Assembly: GCA_030606215.1 (NCBI GenBank)
Contig: JAUWGW010000004.1
Location: 13,047 to 77,046 of the forward strand
Direction: 5' to 3'
DNA length: 64,000 nucleotides
Source: a bacterium
GTDB taxonomy: Bacteria; NPL-UPA2; JAUVJM01
This document shows positions 48,540 through 57,907 of this stretch, one piece after another. The notes under the pieces were generated by a model. It saw only the letters and a list, made by a program, of their open reading frames with translations, searched no databases and had not been told where the DNA came from. The position numbers were made by a program, and so were the translations under genes. Every line of letters begins with the position of its first letter. Position 1 is the first letter of the stretch.

Positions 48540-49073
48540 TCATCTGGCTTTTATTTTAAAATGAGCCCTTCTGTTCTCTGCCCACGCAGACTCAGAATGC
48601 CGCGGGTCAACTGGCTGCTCCTCACCATAGCTGATTGTGAAAACTTTCCCTGGATTTATCCCGAGAGCAACGAGATATTTTCTGACGCTGGCTGCTCTTC
48701 TCTGTCCAAGAGCCAGATTATACTCCACGGTTCCCCTCTCATCACAATGCCCTTCAATCTGCACTTTCACAGCCCGATGTTTTCTCAACCACTCAGCGTT
48801 CTCAGCCAGTATCCTCCTCGTGTCAGGTTTTATATCAGATCTATCAAAATCAAAATAGACATCCTGGAGTTTACTCGTATCCGCGAAAACCATTCCTCTC
48901 GCAGACAGTTCAGGGTTAATCCCGAGAGCTTCTAACTCCTCCTCCGTTATAGTTTCTCCGGGTGCTCTCTCAGCCAGACCTCTCAGCCCGCCCCTTCTCC
49001 CCCGCGCGCAACCACCCACCGCAACGAGGCAGACTACCAGCAAAACCGCAATCTCTCTAAACCTCTTTCCCAT
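48540..49073 (-). CDS. pal: peptidoglycan-associated lipoprotein
   Basis: Lipobox VGGC; VYFDFD, EGHCDERGT.EYNLALGQRRA, SYGEE, NRRA. Confidence 0.95.
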   Translation of the reverse strand: MGKRFREIAVLLVVCLVAVGGCARGRRGGLRGLAERAPGETITEEELEALGINPELSARGMVFADTSKLQDVYFDFDRSDIKPDTRRILAENAEWLRKHRAVKVQIEGHCDERGTVEYNLALGQRRAASVRKYLVALGINPGKVFTISYGEEQPVDPRHSESAWAENRRAHFKIKAR

Positions 49074-49089
49074 ATCACACCCCCCTTTT

Positions 49090-50364
49090 TTATCGTGGTG
49101 ACCAGCAAGGGTACTCATTGCCCCCTTTGATAAAAGTAAGCCGTCTCTGTCTTGAGCCATCAACATCCATTACATAAATATTTTTATTCCCATCTCTTGT
49201 GGAACTGAAGACAATATGTCTCCCATCCGGAGAAAAAGACGGATTCTCGTTATCGCCGCCGTTTCTGGTAAGGCGCCTTTTCTCGCTGCCATCAGTATTC
49301 ATTATCCATATATCAAAACGACCTCCCCTTTGCGATGAAAATACAACTCTGTCGCCTTTCGGTGACCAGTCGGGAGAATCGTTATAGCCGGCATTCGTGA
49401 GTCTCTTCAATACTTTGCCCCTTGCATCCATCATATATATATGTGGACCACGCGCCCTTCCCGATGTGAAAACAATATATCTTCCATCAGGAGACCAGGA
49501 CGGGGAACAATCAATCCTCGGGTGATGAGTCAATCTCGTCTCGCCCTTCCCGTTTGATTTGAAAAGATAAATTTCTGCATTTCCATCCTTTGTAAGTGTA
49601 AGAGCAAGCCATCTTCCGCATGGCGACCAGGCGGCACCATAGTTTAACCCCTGAAAAGTGCAAAGTTTCGTAACTTCACCACTTTCAATATTCTTGATGT
49701 AGAGATCAGGATTTTTCTCGCGGTATGTGGTATAAGCAATCCTTTTCCCATCAGGAAGCCATGATGGAATTGTCGCAAGAGAACGGTCACAAGTTTCCCG
49801 CACAGGATTATGTCCATCATAATCCATAACACATATTTCTTTATGTCCGGAACTGTTTGAGACAAAAGCAATTTTAGTCTGAGAAATCCCCGCCTCCCCT
49901 GTAACTCTGTGGACAACCTCATCAGAAAAACGATGCACCATCTTCCTCAACCATTTCTCCTCGCCCTTATAGACTTTTCCAAGAACCTGTCTCCCCCGTT
50001 TCACATCATAGAGACGGCACTTTAAGATAATCTCATCCCCCACAGTTATGTTTCCCCTCACAAGAAGTTCTGCCCCGAGATTCATCCATTCTCCAAAATT
50101 CCCCTCACCTCCGGATGCGGCTTCTTTGAGGAACAGGGGATTATCAATTGTTTTAAAATAACCGGAGAATTTAAGGTCATCCGTTATAATTTTAGCTGCT
50201 TCAGCTCCCGAGACCGCATGCCCTTCGAAATCGGGAATTGCAATCACAATTTTCCTGTACTTCCCTTTACTCACGTCAAGATAGAGGTCAACAGCCCACA
50301 GCGAACCTGTAAACATAACAATTAAACCTACTACGAATAAACTTGAATTAGCAAGCTTTTGCAT
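49090..50364 (-). CDS. tolB: Tol-Pal beta-propeller protein
   Basis: IAIPDF, HRFSD, IAFVS, DYDG, PD40 repeats (PSWSPDG). Confidence 0.94.
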   Translation of the reverse strand: MQKLANSSLFVVGLIVMFTGSLWAVDLYLDVSKGKYRKIVIAIPDFEGHAVSGAEAAKIITDDLKFSGYFKTIDNPLFLKEAASGGEGNFGEWMNLGAELLVRGNITVGDEIILKCRLYDVKRGRQVLGKVYKGEEKWLRKMVHRFSDEVVHRVTGEAGISQTKIAFVSNSSGHKEICVMDYDGHNPVRETCDRSLATIPSWLPDGKRIAYTTYREKNPDLYIKNIESGEVTKLCTFQGLNYGAAWSPCGRWLALTLTKDGNAEIYLFKSNGKGETRLTHHPRIDCSPSWSPDGRYIVFTSGRARGPHIYMMDARGKVLKRLTNAGYNDSPDWSPKGDRVVFSSQRGGRFDIWIMNTDGSEKRRLTRNGGDNENPSFSPDGRHIVFSSTRDGNKNIYVMDVDGSRQRRLTFIKGGNEYPCWSPR

Positions 50365-50389
50365 TTTGTGAGTGACTTTCGTCCCTCTA

Positions 50390-51055
50390 CTATTCTTCCT
50401 TGAAAGTAACATGGACACGGACACTATCTCCTTTGAATAATTGTGGAAGCGGAGGGAAGGGGCTCGCTTTCTTTACCGCCTCCTGACAGGACAAATCAAA
50501 AATAGAGTTTCCCGAACTTTTCTCCACCGATATACCACTTGCCTGCCCGCTGCGTGAGATCTCAAACCCTATCCTTGCCCGCGCTTTACTCGCCGCAGGC
50601 GGCACCTCCCACACAGAAAAAATCCGGTTATGAACCTCATCAATAAACCATGCAGGAAAAACAGCAGGAGAATCAACACTGAGTTCTTCCAGAGTTTTCC
50701 TCCCACCCAGCTCCTCACTCCATCGTTCCAGTTTCCTCAATTCCTCTTCTTTCTTCTCCCGTTCCCTTTTCAGTTCTTCCTCCCTCTTTCTTCTCAACTC
50801 ATCCAGTTTTTTTCTCTTCTTCAGAAATTCCTCAAGTCTCCTGCTGTCCTCCTTAACAGGCTTTTCTGTCTTGACCGTAGCGGCTTCTACAGGTCGTGAT
50901 ACAGCACCTGTCTTCTTCTTCACTTCAACAATCCTGACCCTGTGAACGGAAGCAGGAGTATGCCTCTTTCGAAAACTTACTCCAAAGAGGAATACTCCGA
51001 TAATTACCAGATGGACGCACGCTGAAATCAAAAACATAAATTTCAAATTCTTCAT
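50390..51055 (-). CDS. tolA: TolA/TonB-family protein
   Basis: SxxxH TM motif, charged helix, SSGN..FD...AV..ASPFPPLP. Confidence 0.85.
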   Translation of the reverse strand: MKNLKFMFLISACVHLVIIGVFLFGVSFRKRHTPASVHRVRIVEVKKKTGAVSRPVEAATVKTEKPVKEDSRRLEEFLKKRKKLDELRRKREEELKREREKKEEELRKLERWSEELGGRKTLEELSVDSPAVFPAWFIDEVHNRIFSVWEVPPAASKARARIGFEISRSGQASGISVEKSSGNSIFDLSCQEAVKKASPFPPLPQLFKGDSVRVHVTFKEE

Positions 51056-51438
51056 TTCGGTTCAGTAACCATCCCTATATTCTCAATTCCAGCAGACTTT
51101 ATTTTCTCCATTATCTCCATTACAAATCCATATTGAATACGCTTATCCGCTTTCAGGAAAACATCCTTGTTAGATACCTCCTCCAGATAGTTCACAAGCG
51201 AAGCTGCCGAAATGCGCCGCTCCCCGAGGTAAATATGCTTCTCAGAATCAATTGTAATAACAATCTGGTTTCTTAAATCTACACCACCTGCAGAAACTCT
51301 GGGAAGCTGAACATCAATCCCGTGCTTCATCATCGGGGCAACAAGTATAAAGATAATCAGCAGAGTCAAAGATACGTCAACAAGAGATGTCACATTAATC
51401 TCAGATGTAAAATTGTGCCTTCTTCTCTCACGCATCAT
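51052..51438 (-). CDS. tolR: TolR/ExbD protein
   Basis: EINVTSLVDV.L.LLIIF, LKAD..I.YG.V. Confidence 0.9.
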   Translation of the reverse strand: MMRERRRHNFTSEINVTSLVDVSLTLLIIFILVAPMMKHGIDVQLPRVSAGGVDLRNQIVITIDSEKHIYLGERRISAASLVNYLEEVSNKDVFLKADKRIQYGFVMEIMEKIKSAGIENIGMVTEPK

Positions 51439-52118
51439 TTCTTCCCCAACTGGCCTACAAACTGATAGGCGAAACTCTCCATTTCAGTAGTCATCACTCT
51501 TATTCTATTTACAAAATAGTTGTAACCAACAACAGCCGGTATTGCGGCAGCAAGTCCTGCTATTGTTGTGATTAAAGCGTCAGAAATTCCCGGGGCTACA
51601 GCACTGATAGTGGCAGAGTGAAAAGTCTCCATGCCAAGAAAAGCATTCATAACTCCCCAGACTGTCCCGAGCAGGCCCAACAATGGGCATGCACTTCCGC
51701 CTATGGCAAGAAAAACCAGCATTTCCTCAAGATGCAATGCCTCTACTGAAATTGCTCTCTCCAGATTTTCCCTGATTTCTGCAGGAGACAGTCTCTGACG
51801 ATAGTGTCCAGGATTTGCGCTCTCAAGATAACCCACTTTCAGAACTCTTGCCAGGTGACTGTGCCTGAAACGCCGGCACAGACTTAAAAGATATGAAGAG
51901 CCATCCTTATTTTTGAAGCTTTTTAGAAAATCTTCCGACTCTCTCCCCGCTGTGCGGAAGGAAATGAACTTAGTGACCATTATAGCCCATGAAGCAATAG
52001 AGAAAAGGAACAAAATAAGCAGAATCCCTTTCGCCATTCCTCCGGAGCGAAGCGCAGAACTTATCACACTGCTCTCCCTCGCAACTAACGGACCGGTTAG
52101 CAATATGAAGAATATCAT
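51435..52118 (-). CDS. tolQ: TolQ/ExbB proton channel
   Basis: SIASW, PLLGLLGTVWGVM, VAPGIS.ALITT.AGL.AAIPA. Confidence 0.92.
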   Translation of the reverse strand: MIFFILLTGPLVARESSVISSALRSGGMAKGILLILFLFSIASWAIMVTKFISFRTAGRESEDFLKSFKNKDGSSYLLSLCRRFRHSHLARVLKVGYLESANPGHYRQRLSPAEIRENLERAISVEALHLEEMLVFLAIGGSACPLLGLLGTVWGVMNAFLGMETFHSATISAVAPGISDALITTIAGLAAAIPAVVGYNYFVNRIRVMTTEMESFAYQFVGQLGKK

Positions 52119-52933
52119 TTTCTCTTCAAAATTAGAATCTCCACTCTTCTGTTCCTGGCTCGTCCTTCGGGCGTTGTGTTTGTTGCCCTCGGCATATATT
52201 CTCCATGCCCTGCAGCCGACATCCTCGCTGGCTCAATCCCCTGCTCCTCCAGATAATGCAGAATTGCAAGCGCTCGAGCTGCGGAGAGTTCCCAGTTATC
52301 TGGATAGGAAACTTTTATCGGGACATCATCAGTGTGCCCGGCAATCTCCAGTTCATGAGCCGGGAATTTTTTCAGAATCTCTGCAAACTCTTTTAAAAGC
52401 GGGAAAGCAGATTTTCTGATGCCGGCTTTCCCCGATTTTAAAGTAAGGGCATTTTCCAAAATAATTGCAATTGCATCCCCTCTTTCCCCAAAACTTACTC
52501 CGCTATATTCCTTTAAACCTGAAGAAAGCTCCCTCTTAATTTTATCCAGTTCAACGAACCTTTCTTTTCTTTCCCCAATCATTCCTGCGAGCCTTTTATC
52601 AGCCTCAACAAGTTCAGCCTCAAGTTTTTTCTGATGTTTCCGACAGCTTATGAGTTTCGCCTCAAGTTCTGCATTTTCGTCCTTCAGGCGTTGAATTTCC
52701 AAGTGCAGGACTGACTCATCTCCCTTGAGCCTTGCAACTTCAAGTCTTAGATTCTGGATTTCTGTTTGCAACTGCGCTTCTTTCAATTCAAGTCCCTGCA
52801 CAGTTTCCTCCAGCCTCTGCCTCTCCTGCCGTTCTCTCTCAGCTTCAGTGGTAAATTCTGAAATAGCCGCGCAGCCCGAGAGTAGCAATATTAGGCACAG
52901 AGACACAGAGTTTATAAAATCCTTAATCACCAT
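52115..52933 (-). CDS. coiled-coil lipoprotein with OmpA/MotB C-terminal domain
   Basis: Lipobox LLSGC, long heptad region, GHTD, NWELSAARA, NRRVEI. Confidence 0.88.
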   Translation of the reverse strand: MVIKDFINSVSLCLILLLSGCAAISEFTTEAERERQERQRLEETVQGLELKEAQLQTEIQNLRLEVARLKGDESVLHLEIQRLKDENAELEAKLISCRKHQKKLEAELVEADKRLAGMIGERKERFVELDKIKRELSSGLKEYSGVSFGERGDAIAIILENALTLKSGKAGIRKSAFPLLKEFAEILKKFPAHELEIAGHTDDVPIKVSYPDNWELSAARALAILHYLEEQGIEPARMSAAGHGEYMPRATNTTPEGRARNRRVEILILKRK

Positions 52934-53955
52934 GGAACGACAGCCGTTTTTACTCCTTGATGAGAGATGATCTTATTAAGAGCCTCCTCCAATTTCTCAA
53001 GAGGCAACTCACCGGTTATAAGGCAGGAGGTATTTATCCTTCTTAGTTGCAACAATTTCAGAGCTTTCTCAACATAATATGGAGTGTGGTGGAAAATACC
53101 TTTAAGCGTCAGCTCGCCGTAATGAATAAATTCTGTATCAAGGGTAAACTTTGTTCCCGGCGCACAGCCTCCAAAGAGAACTACGGTCCCTCCCTTTCTG
53201 GCCATGGAAACCGTCTTTTCCCAGACAGCCGGATTCCCAACAGCTTCAATCCCAACATCAACTCCAAATCCACCGGTGAGTTTACGCACAGCAGATACCT
53301 CATCATCAACCTCTGAGACATTGATAACCTCATCCGCACCACTCTTTTCCGCCATATTCAATCTTTCCTTTACCATATCGCATGAGATTACATATGCCCC
53401 CTTCAGCTTTGCAAGCTGTGTGAACATAAGCCCTATGGGACCGGCTCCATTTATCACAACCGTATCGCCAGTTTCTATGTTAGCAGTCTCGATCCCATGC
53501 AGGGCACAGGCAAGCGGTTCGACGAGAGATGCTTCCCGGGAGGAGACGTTCTCAGGGACAAGATGCAAATTCTGTTCAACAATTCTGGAGGGTATATTTA
53601 TGTATTGCGCATAGGCGCCATTTATAAAAAGCAAATCCTCACAGAGACTTTGCTTTCCCCTCCTGCAATAGAAACACCGATTACAGGGAGCAGAGTTAGC
53701 CGCAACTACCTTCATACCTTCCTGAAACTTTTCAACTCCATCACCTGCTTTTGCGACAATACCTGCAAACTCATGACCGAATACTGCAGGGGGAGTTATC
53801 ATTCTCGGATGTCCTCCCCGTAAGAATACCTTGGCATCTGTCCCGCAGGTAAGAGCCGCTTCTATCTTTACAAGGATTTCACCAGAGGAAACCTTCGGAA
53901 TATCAATCTCCTCCAGCCTGACATCCTTTGGTCCATACAGAATAGCCGCCTTCAT
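52927..53955 (-). CDS. zinc-dependent alcohol/polyol dehydrogenase (MDR family)
   Basis: CGTD, GHE, CxxCxxC..C structural Zn site, GAGPIG. Confidence 0.92.
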   Translation of the reverse strand: MKAAILYGPKDVRLEEIDIPKVSSGEILVKIEAALTCGTDAKVFLRGGHPRMITPPAVFGHEFAGIVAKAGDGVEKFQEGMKVVAANSAPCNRCFYCRRGKQSLCEDLLFINGAYAQYINIPSRIVEQNLHLVPENVSSREASLVEPLACALHGIETANIETGDTVVINGAGPIGLMFTQLAKLKGAYVISCDMVKERLNMAEKSGADEVINVSEVDDEVSAVRKLTGGFGVDVGIEAVGNPAVWEKTVSMARKGGTVVLFGGCAPGTKFTLDTEFIHYGELTLKGIFHHTPYYVEKALKLLQLRRINTSCLITGELPLEKLEEALNKIISHQGVKTAVVPW

Positions 53956-53963
53956 ACCTTCGC

Positions 53964-53993
53964 ATTATACTTTCTCAATGTGCATAAAGTCAA
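53964..53993 (-). promoter_or_regulatory. sigma70 promoter, near-leaderless, of the dehydrogenase-tol-pal run
   Basis: TTGACT-18 nt-TATAAT, 8 nt before the ATG. Confidence 0.6.
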
Positions 53994-54023
53994 CCATTTG
54001 TTCCGGCTTATTCCGGAATTTTC

Positions 54024-54052
54024 TTGCATTCCTGCATACCGGGTCGTAATAT
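54024..54052 (+). promoter_or_regulatory. sigma70 promoter, leaderless candidate, of gmhD
   Basis: TTGCAT-17 nt-TAATAT, 6 nt before the ATG; no SD sequence. Confidence 0.5.
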
Positions 54053-54058
54053 GTAGCC

Positions 54059-54967
54059 ATGAAAACTCTCATTACAGGTGGAGCGGGTTTCATCGGGGCA
54101 AATCTAACTCTGGAACTGGAGAAGAGGTTTTCCTCAGCGTCAATTACCGTTCTTGATAACTTCTCCCCTGGCACCGCAGAGAATCTAAAAGGATTCAAAG
54201 GAAGATTAATTAAAGGTAGTGTTGAAGATGAGAAATCGATTGATAGTTTAAAAGGCGAAAAATTTGATTTTATTTACCATCTTGCGGCAATTACCGATAC
54301 AACTGTTACTGATGATAAAAGAATGATGAGGGTAAATGTTGACGGGTTCAAGAATATTTTGAAAATTGCTAACTATGGAAACGCACCTGTCGTCTACGCT
54401 TCCTCAGCCGGAGTTTATGGAAATGGACCTGCACCGATGAAAGAAACCCAGGCACTGCGCCCTCTCAATGCATACGCCTTATCAAAAGCAGAGACGGAAA
54501 AGATAGCTCTTTCTTCTACTGAGATAGCAGCAATCGGACTGCGGTATTTCAATGTTTATGGTCCCAAAGAGGCCAATAAAGGTAAATCCGCCAGTATGAT
54601 ATGGCAGCTTGCCTGCCGGATGAAAGGAGATAATCCCCCGAGAATATTTAAATACGGAGAACAGGTGCGAGATTTTATTTATGTAAAAGATGTCGTATCG
54701 GCAACAGTTCAGGCGATGGAAATCCTCAATAAAAGCAAATTAAATACTATACTGAATATTGGAACAGGAACTGCAGCAAGTTTTAACCGCGTAATAGAAA
54801 TCCTGAATAATATCCTTGGCACAAATTTCAAACCGGATTATTTCGATAACCCATATAACTTCTTCCAGAACCACACACAGGCAGATACAACATTAGCCGC
54901 AGAGACTATTGGGTTTAAAGCAAAATACAGTATTGAGGATGGAATAAAGGATTACCTCACCAGTTAA
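54059..54967 (+). CDS. gmhD: ADP-L-glycero-D-manno-heptose 6-epimerase
   Basis: TGGAGFIG, AITDTT, YASSAGVYG, YALSK, LRYFNVYGP.E..KG..ASM. Confidence 0.88.
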   Translation: MKTLITGGAGFIGANLTLELEKRFSSASITVLDNFSPGTAENLKGFKGRLIKGSVEDEKSIDSLKGEKFDFIYHLAAITDTTVTDDKRMMRVNVDGFKNILKIANYGNAPVVYASSAGVYGNGPAPMKETQALRPLNAYALSKAETEKIALSSTEIAAIGLRYFNVYGPKEANKGKSASMIWQLACRMKGDNPPRIFKYGEQVRDFIYVKDVVSATVQAMEILNKSKLNTILNIGTGTAASFNRVIEILNNILGTNFKPDYFDNPYNFFQNHTQADTTLAAETIGFKAKYSIEDGIKDYLTS

Positions 54968-57833
54968 CAGGGATTTGTAACGTGCCTTTCCTGTTGTGTT
55001 CAAAAAGGATGTACCCTTTCTCCTTTCCGAATTGATGAAGTCTCCTCGTGAGCTCAACATCATGTTTGCAATATTTTGTGAGTTTTTCAATATTTCCTTC
55101 CCTGAACCACCGTATTGCCTGAAGTCCGTCTGCAATCTTCCCCTCTTTCAGAGTAACACGCGCTAAATGGTCAAGACTGAGTCTGTGTCCAAGGATCCGG
55201 GAAATTTCCTCAAGTAAATCAAGGGTCTTAATTCTTGAAAAATCAATGTTTGAATACGCCTTTAATACCCACCAATCAAATTGCTTTACATTGAACCCCA
55301 CGGTGAGGTCTGCGGATAATAATTCCTGGATTAACTCATCTATTCTATCTTCAGCATATACTTTGTATTCCCCCTTCAGAGAATCATATATGACCGCTAC
55401 TGAAACCTTCATCAATTGTTTATTCCCCCATCCCCCAACTTCTTCAGCGCTCTTCTGGGTCTCAAGATCAAAATAGAGAATCCGTTCCCCTCCCTTTTCC
55501 CTCCGCACTTGTGGGGGAGGGTAGGAGTTGGGGAGCTTTGCCATGCGAGTCTCCACACCGATCTGTGGACTCACCTGCCCAGTAATGTCCTGCATATTTA
55601 CCTTCAGCACATCTTTCAGAATAGCAATTGCTGTCCGTTTATTCAACGGCTCATTTCTGCTGCCACATTTTGGCGACTGAATACAGGAAGGACATCCCTC
55701 TTCACACGGACAGTTCTCAATCAATTCAAGTGTAGCTTCCAACAGCTCATCAATCACCTTGTAAGCCCGTTCGGCAAGTCCAACACCTCCGGGATAACCA
55801 TCATAGATAAAAATTACCGGCCCCTTAGTCTCAGGATGGAACATTGCTGAAGTCCCGCCAATATCCCAGCGGTCACACATTGTAAATAGAGGGAAAAGAG
55901 CTATACTGGCATGTTCAATTGCATGCAGGCCCCCTTCAAGAGTCGTCCTCCTAAAAGCAAGCTTTGGAAGCTCCATCCATACTGAAGTTGTGGTAAACTT
56001 CTGAGCCGGCAAGTTGAGTTTATGCTCGCTGATAAGCCCTCTTCCAAAAGCTTTTCTTTTCTCGTAGCTTACCACCTGTCTCTTCACCTCAACTTCGCCC
56101 CAGCTTATAAGAAACCTGCCTAGTTTTTTCGTGGAGTTTATCTTGAGAATATTTGTAGTTTCCAAAGAAGAAACCTGTGTATAATAGCTGACGGAAGCTT
56201 TCCTCACATAAACATCTCTCAATTCATTATCCAACCCGACAACTTCGCATTCTTCACCTCTGTGAAGGTAAATAGCTCCTGGATGGCATTCATAGAAAAC
56301 CCTGTTTGAGCTAATATCACCTATTACTTCTTTTCTCTCCTGGTCAATTATCGTATATGATTCTTCTATCGACCTGATACCAATTTTCCGCTGCGGATAT
56401 TTCTCAGGGCAGAACCATTCTTTTCCATCTTCGCCCAGTAGAAGTTTTCCGTCTGCACGAAGTTCCGGCAAGATTTTTTCAATTTCCCCGTAAAATTCGC
56501 TATCTTCTTTAGAAAGTGGAATTTCAGAAGCCGCACAGGGAAGTTCTTCACGGGATATTTCAAAATTATGTTCGTCAATGCTAACAGATTCAAAACCGCG
56601 ACTGAAAAAATCTTGAGGATGTGTCATGAAAAATCTATCCAGAGCATCGGGCAGGGAAACAAGTATGATAAGAGAAGATTTCTCTCCGCGTCCAGCTCGC
56701 CCTCCTCTCTGCCAGGTGCTTATAATTGAGCCTGGATACCCAACCAGTATGCAGCAATCCAAACCACCAACATCTATTCCGAGTTCAAGAGCGCTTGTAG
56801 CAATAACTCCATCCAGTTCATCAGAAAAAAGTTTCTTCTCAATTTCTCTCCTCTCCTCAGGAAGGTAACCTGCCCTGTAGGAACTCAGCCTTCCGCTAAG
56901 CGCGGGATTATTGTCCAGCACCCATTTGCTAATAAGCTCTGTAGTTCTTCTTGCCTGCGTAAAAACTATAGTTTTAAGACCGGATTGTATGCATTCAGTC
57001 AGAAGGGAAGCGGCGTCTCCATAGGGGCTTCGGTCTCCGGGATCCCAGAAGAGGAAATATCTTGGGCCCTGCGGTGCTCCATTTTCCTCAATGACTTTGA
57101 AATCTAACCCGGTTAGTTTCTTAGTAAATTCCTCACCATTACTGATAGTGGCAGAAGAAGCAATGAATTGGGGATTGCTTCCGTAAAACTTACAGATTCT
57201 CCTGAGCCTCCTCAGTATGTGAGAAACATGACAACCAAAAATCCCGCGATAAGTATGCAGTTCATCCAGAACAACAAACTTGAGATTTGAGAGGAAATTT
57301 TCCCAGGAAGAATGATATGCTAAAATCCCAAGATGAAGCATATCGGGATTTGTGAGAAGAATATTTGGAAGATCCCGTTTTATTTGGGTCCGGCGATAAG
57401 CAGAGGTATCCCCATCATAAATTTCAGCTTTTGGGAAACCAACTGAGATGCCAGTCCCGAATTCCCGAACTGTTTTCAGCTGGTCCTGCGTCAATGCTTT
57501 TGTCGGAAAAATGTAAAGAGCCCTGGCTAATGGGTCTTTAAGAATAGCAGTAAACACGCAAATGTTGTAAATAAGTGTTTTTCCACTTGCAGTTGGAGTC
57601 TCAATAAGAACATTCTCTCCCTTCTTTATCAGGCTGATTGCCTCAGCCTGATGTGAATAAAGCTTCTCAATACCTATACTGCGCAATGCAGATGTCAAAG
57701 GATTACTCAGGAGAGACTTGAAATCTCTGTAACCGGCTTCCTTTGGAGGAATATATTCAAGGTGAGCAATCTTCCCTTCAGCCCCTCTTATTCCCTGCAA
57801 ATACTTTACGAAACTTTCAACATCAGTAGACAA
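54957..57833 (-). CDS. MrfA/Hrq1-like DEAH helicase (DUF1998) fused to a C-terminal RNase H-like DEDD domain
   Basis: LYSHQ, TPTASGKT, DELH, ELGID.G, QRGGRAGR, CPCEEGCPSC; tail YFDLETQ, GFN, LD.L, YC..DV. Start at TTG 57833. Confidence 0.92.
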   Translation of the reverse strand: MSTDVESFVKYLQGIRGAEGKIAHLEYIPPKEAGYRDFKSLLSNPLTSALRSIGIEKLYSHQAEAISLIKKGENVLIETPTASGKTLIYNICVFTAILKDPLARALYIFPTKALTQDQLKTVREFGTGISVGFPKAEIYDGDTSAYRRTQIKRDLPNILLTNPDMLHLGILAYHSSWENFLSNLKFVVLDELHTYRGIFGCHVSHILRRLRRICKFYGSNPQFIASSATISNGEEFTKKLTGLDFKVIEENGAPQGPRYFLFWDPGDRSPYGDAASLLTECIQSGLKTIVFTQARRTTELISKWVLDNNPALSGRLSSYRAGYLPEERREIEKKLFSDELDGVIATSALELGIDVGGLDCCILVGYPGSIISTWQRGGRAGRGEKSSLIILVSLPDALDRFFMTHPQDFFSRGFESVSIDEHNFEISREELPCAASEIPLSKEDSEFYGEIEKILPELRADGKLLLGEDGKEWFCPEKYPQRKIGIRSIEESYTIIDQERKEVIGDISSNRVFYECHPGAIYLHRGEECEVVGLDNELRDVYVRKASVSYYTQVSSLETTNILKINSTKKLGRFLISWGEVEVKRQVVSYEKRKAFGRGLISEHKLNLPAQKFTTTSVWMELPKLAFRRTTLEGGLHAIEHASIALFPLFTMCDRWDIGGTSAMFHPETKGPVIFIYDGYPGGVGLAERAYKVIDELLEATLELIENCPCEEGCPSCIQSPKCGSRNEPLNKRTAIAILKDVLKVNMQDITGQVSPQIGVETRMAKLPNSYPPPQVRREKGGERILYFDLETQKSAEEVGGWGNKQLMKVSVAVIYDSLKGEYKVYAEDRIDELIQELLSADLTVGFNVKQFDWWVLKAYSNIDFSRIKTLDLLEEISRILGHRLSLDHLARVTLKEGKIADGLQAIRWFREGNIEKLTKYCKHDVELTRRLHQFGKEKGYILFEHNRKGTLQIPVNW
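55487..55533. repeat. degenerate family B repeat in the helicase interdomain linker
   Basis: Minus strand CCCCAACTCCTACCCTCCCCCACAAGTGCGGAGGGAAAAGGGAGGGG resembles 29639-29686. Confidence 0.55.
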
Positions 57834-57851
57834 TTCAAACCCCAGCAAAGA

Positions 57852-57881
57852 GCTATCAGCTATCGGCAATCAGCTATCAGC
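57852..57881. repeat. heptamer tandem repeat (GCTATCA-like x4)
   Basis: gctatca gctatcg gcaatca gctatca gc. Confidence 0.75.
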
Positions 57882-57907
57882 AACAATCCATTAACTGAAA
57901 GCTGAAT

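Noticed and set aside
57834-57869. MPIADSS N-terminus of the helicase
   Set aside because: Derived from the heptamer repeat; TTG 57833 is the more plausible start.
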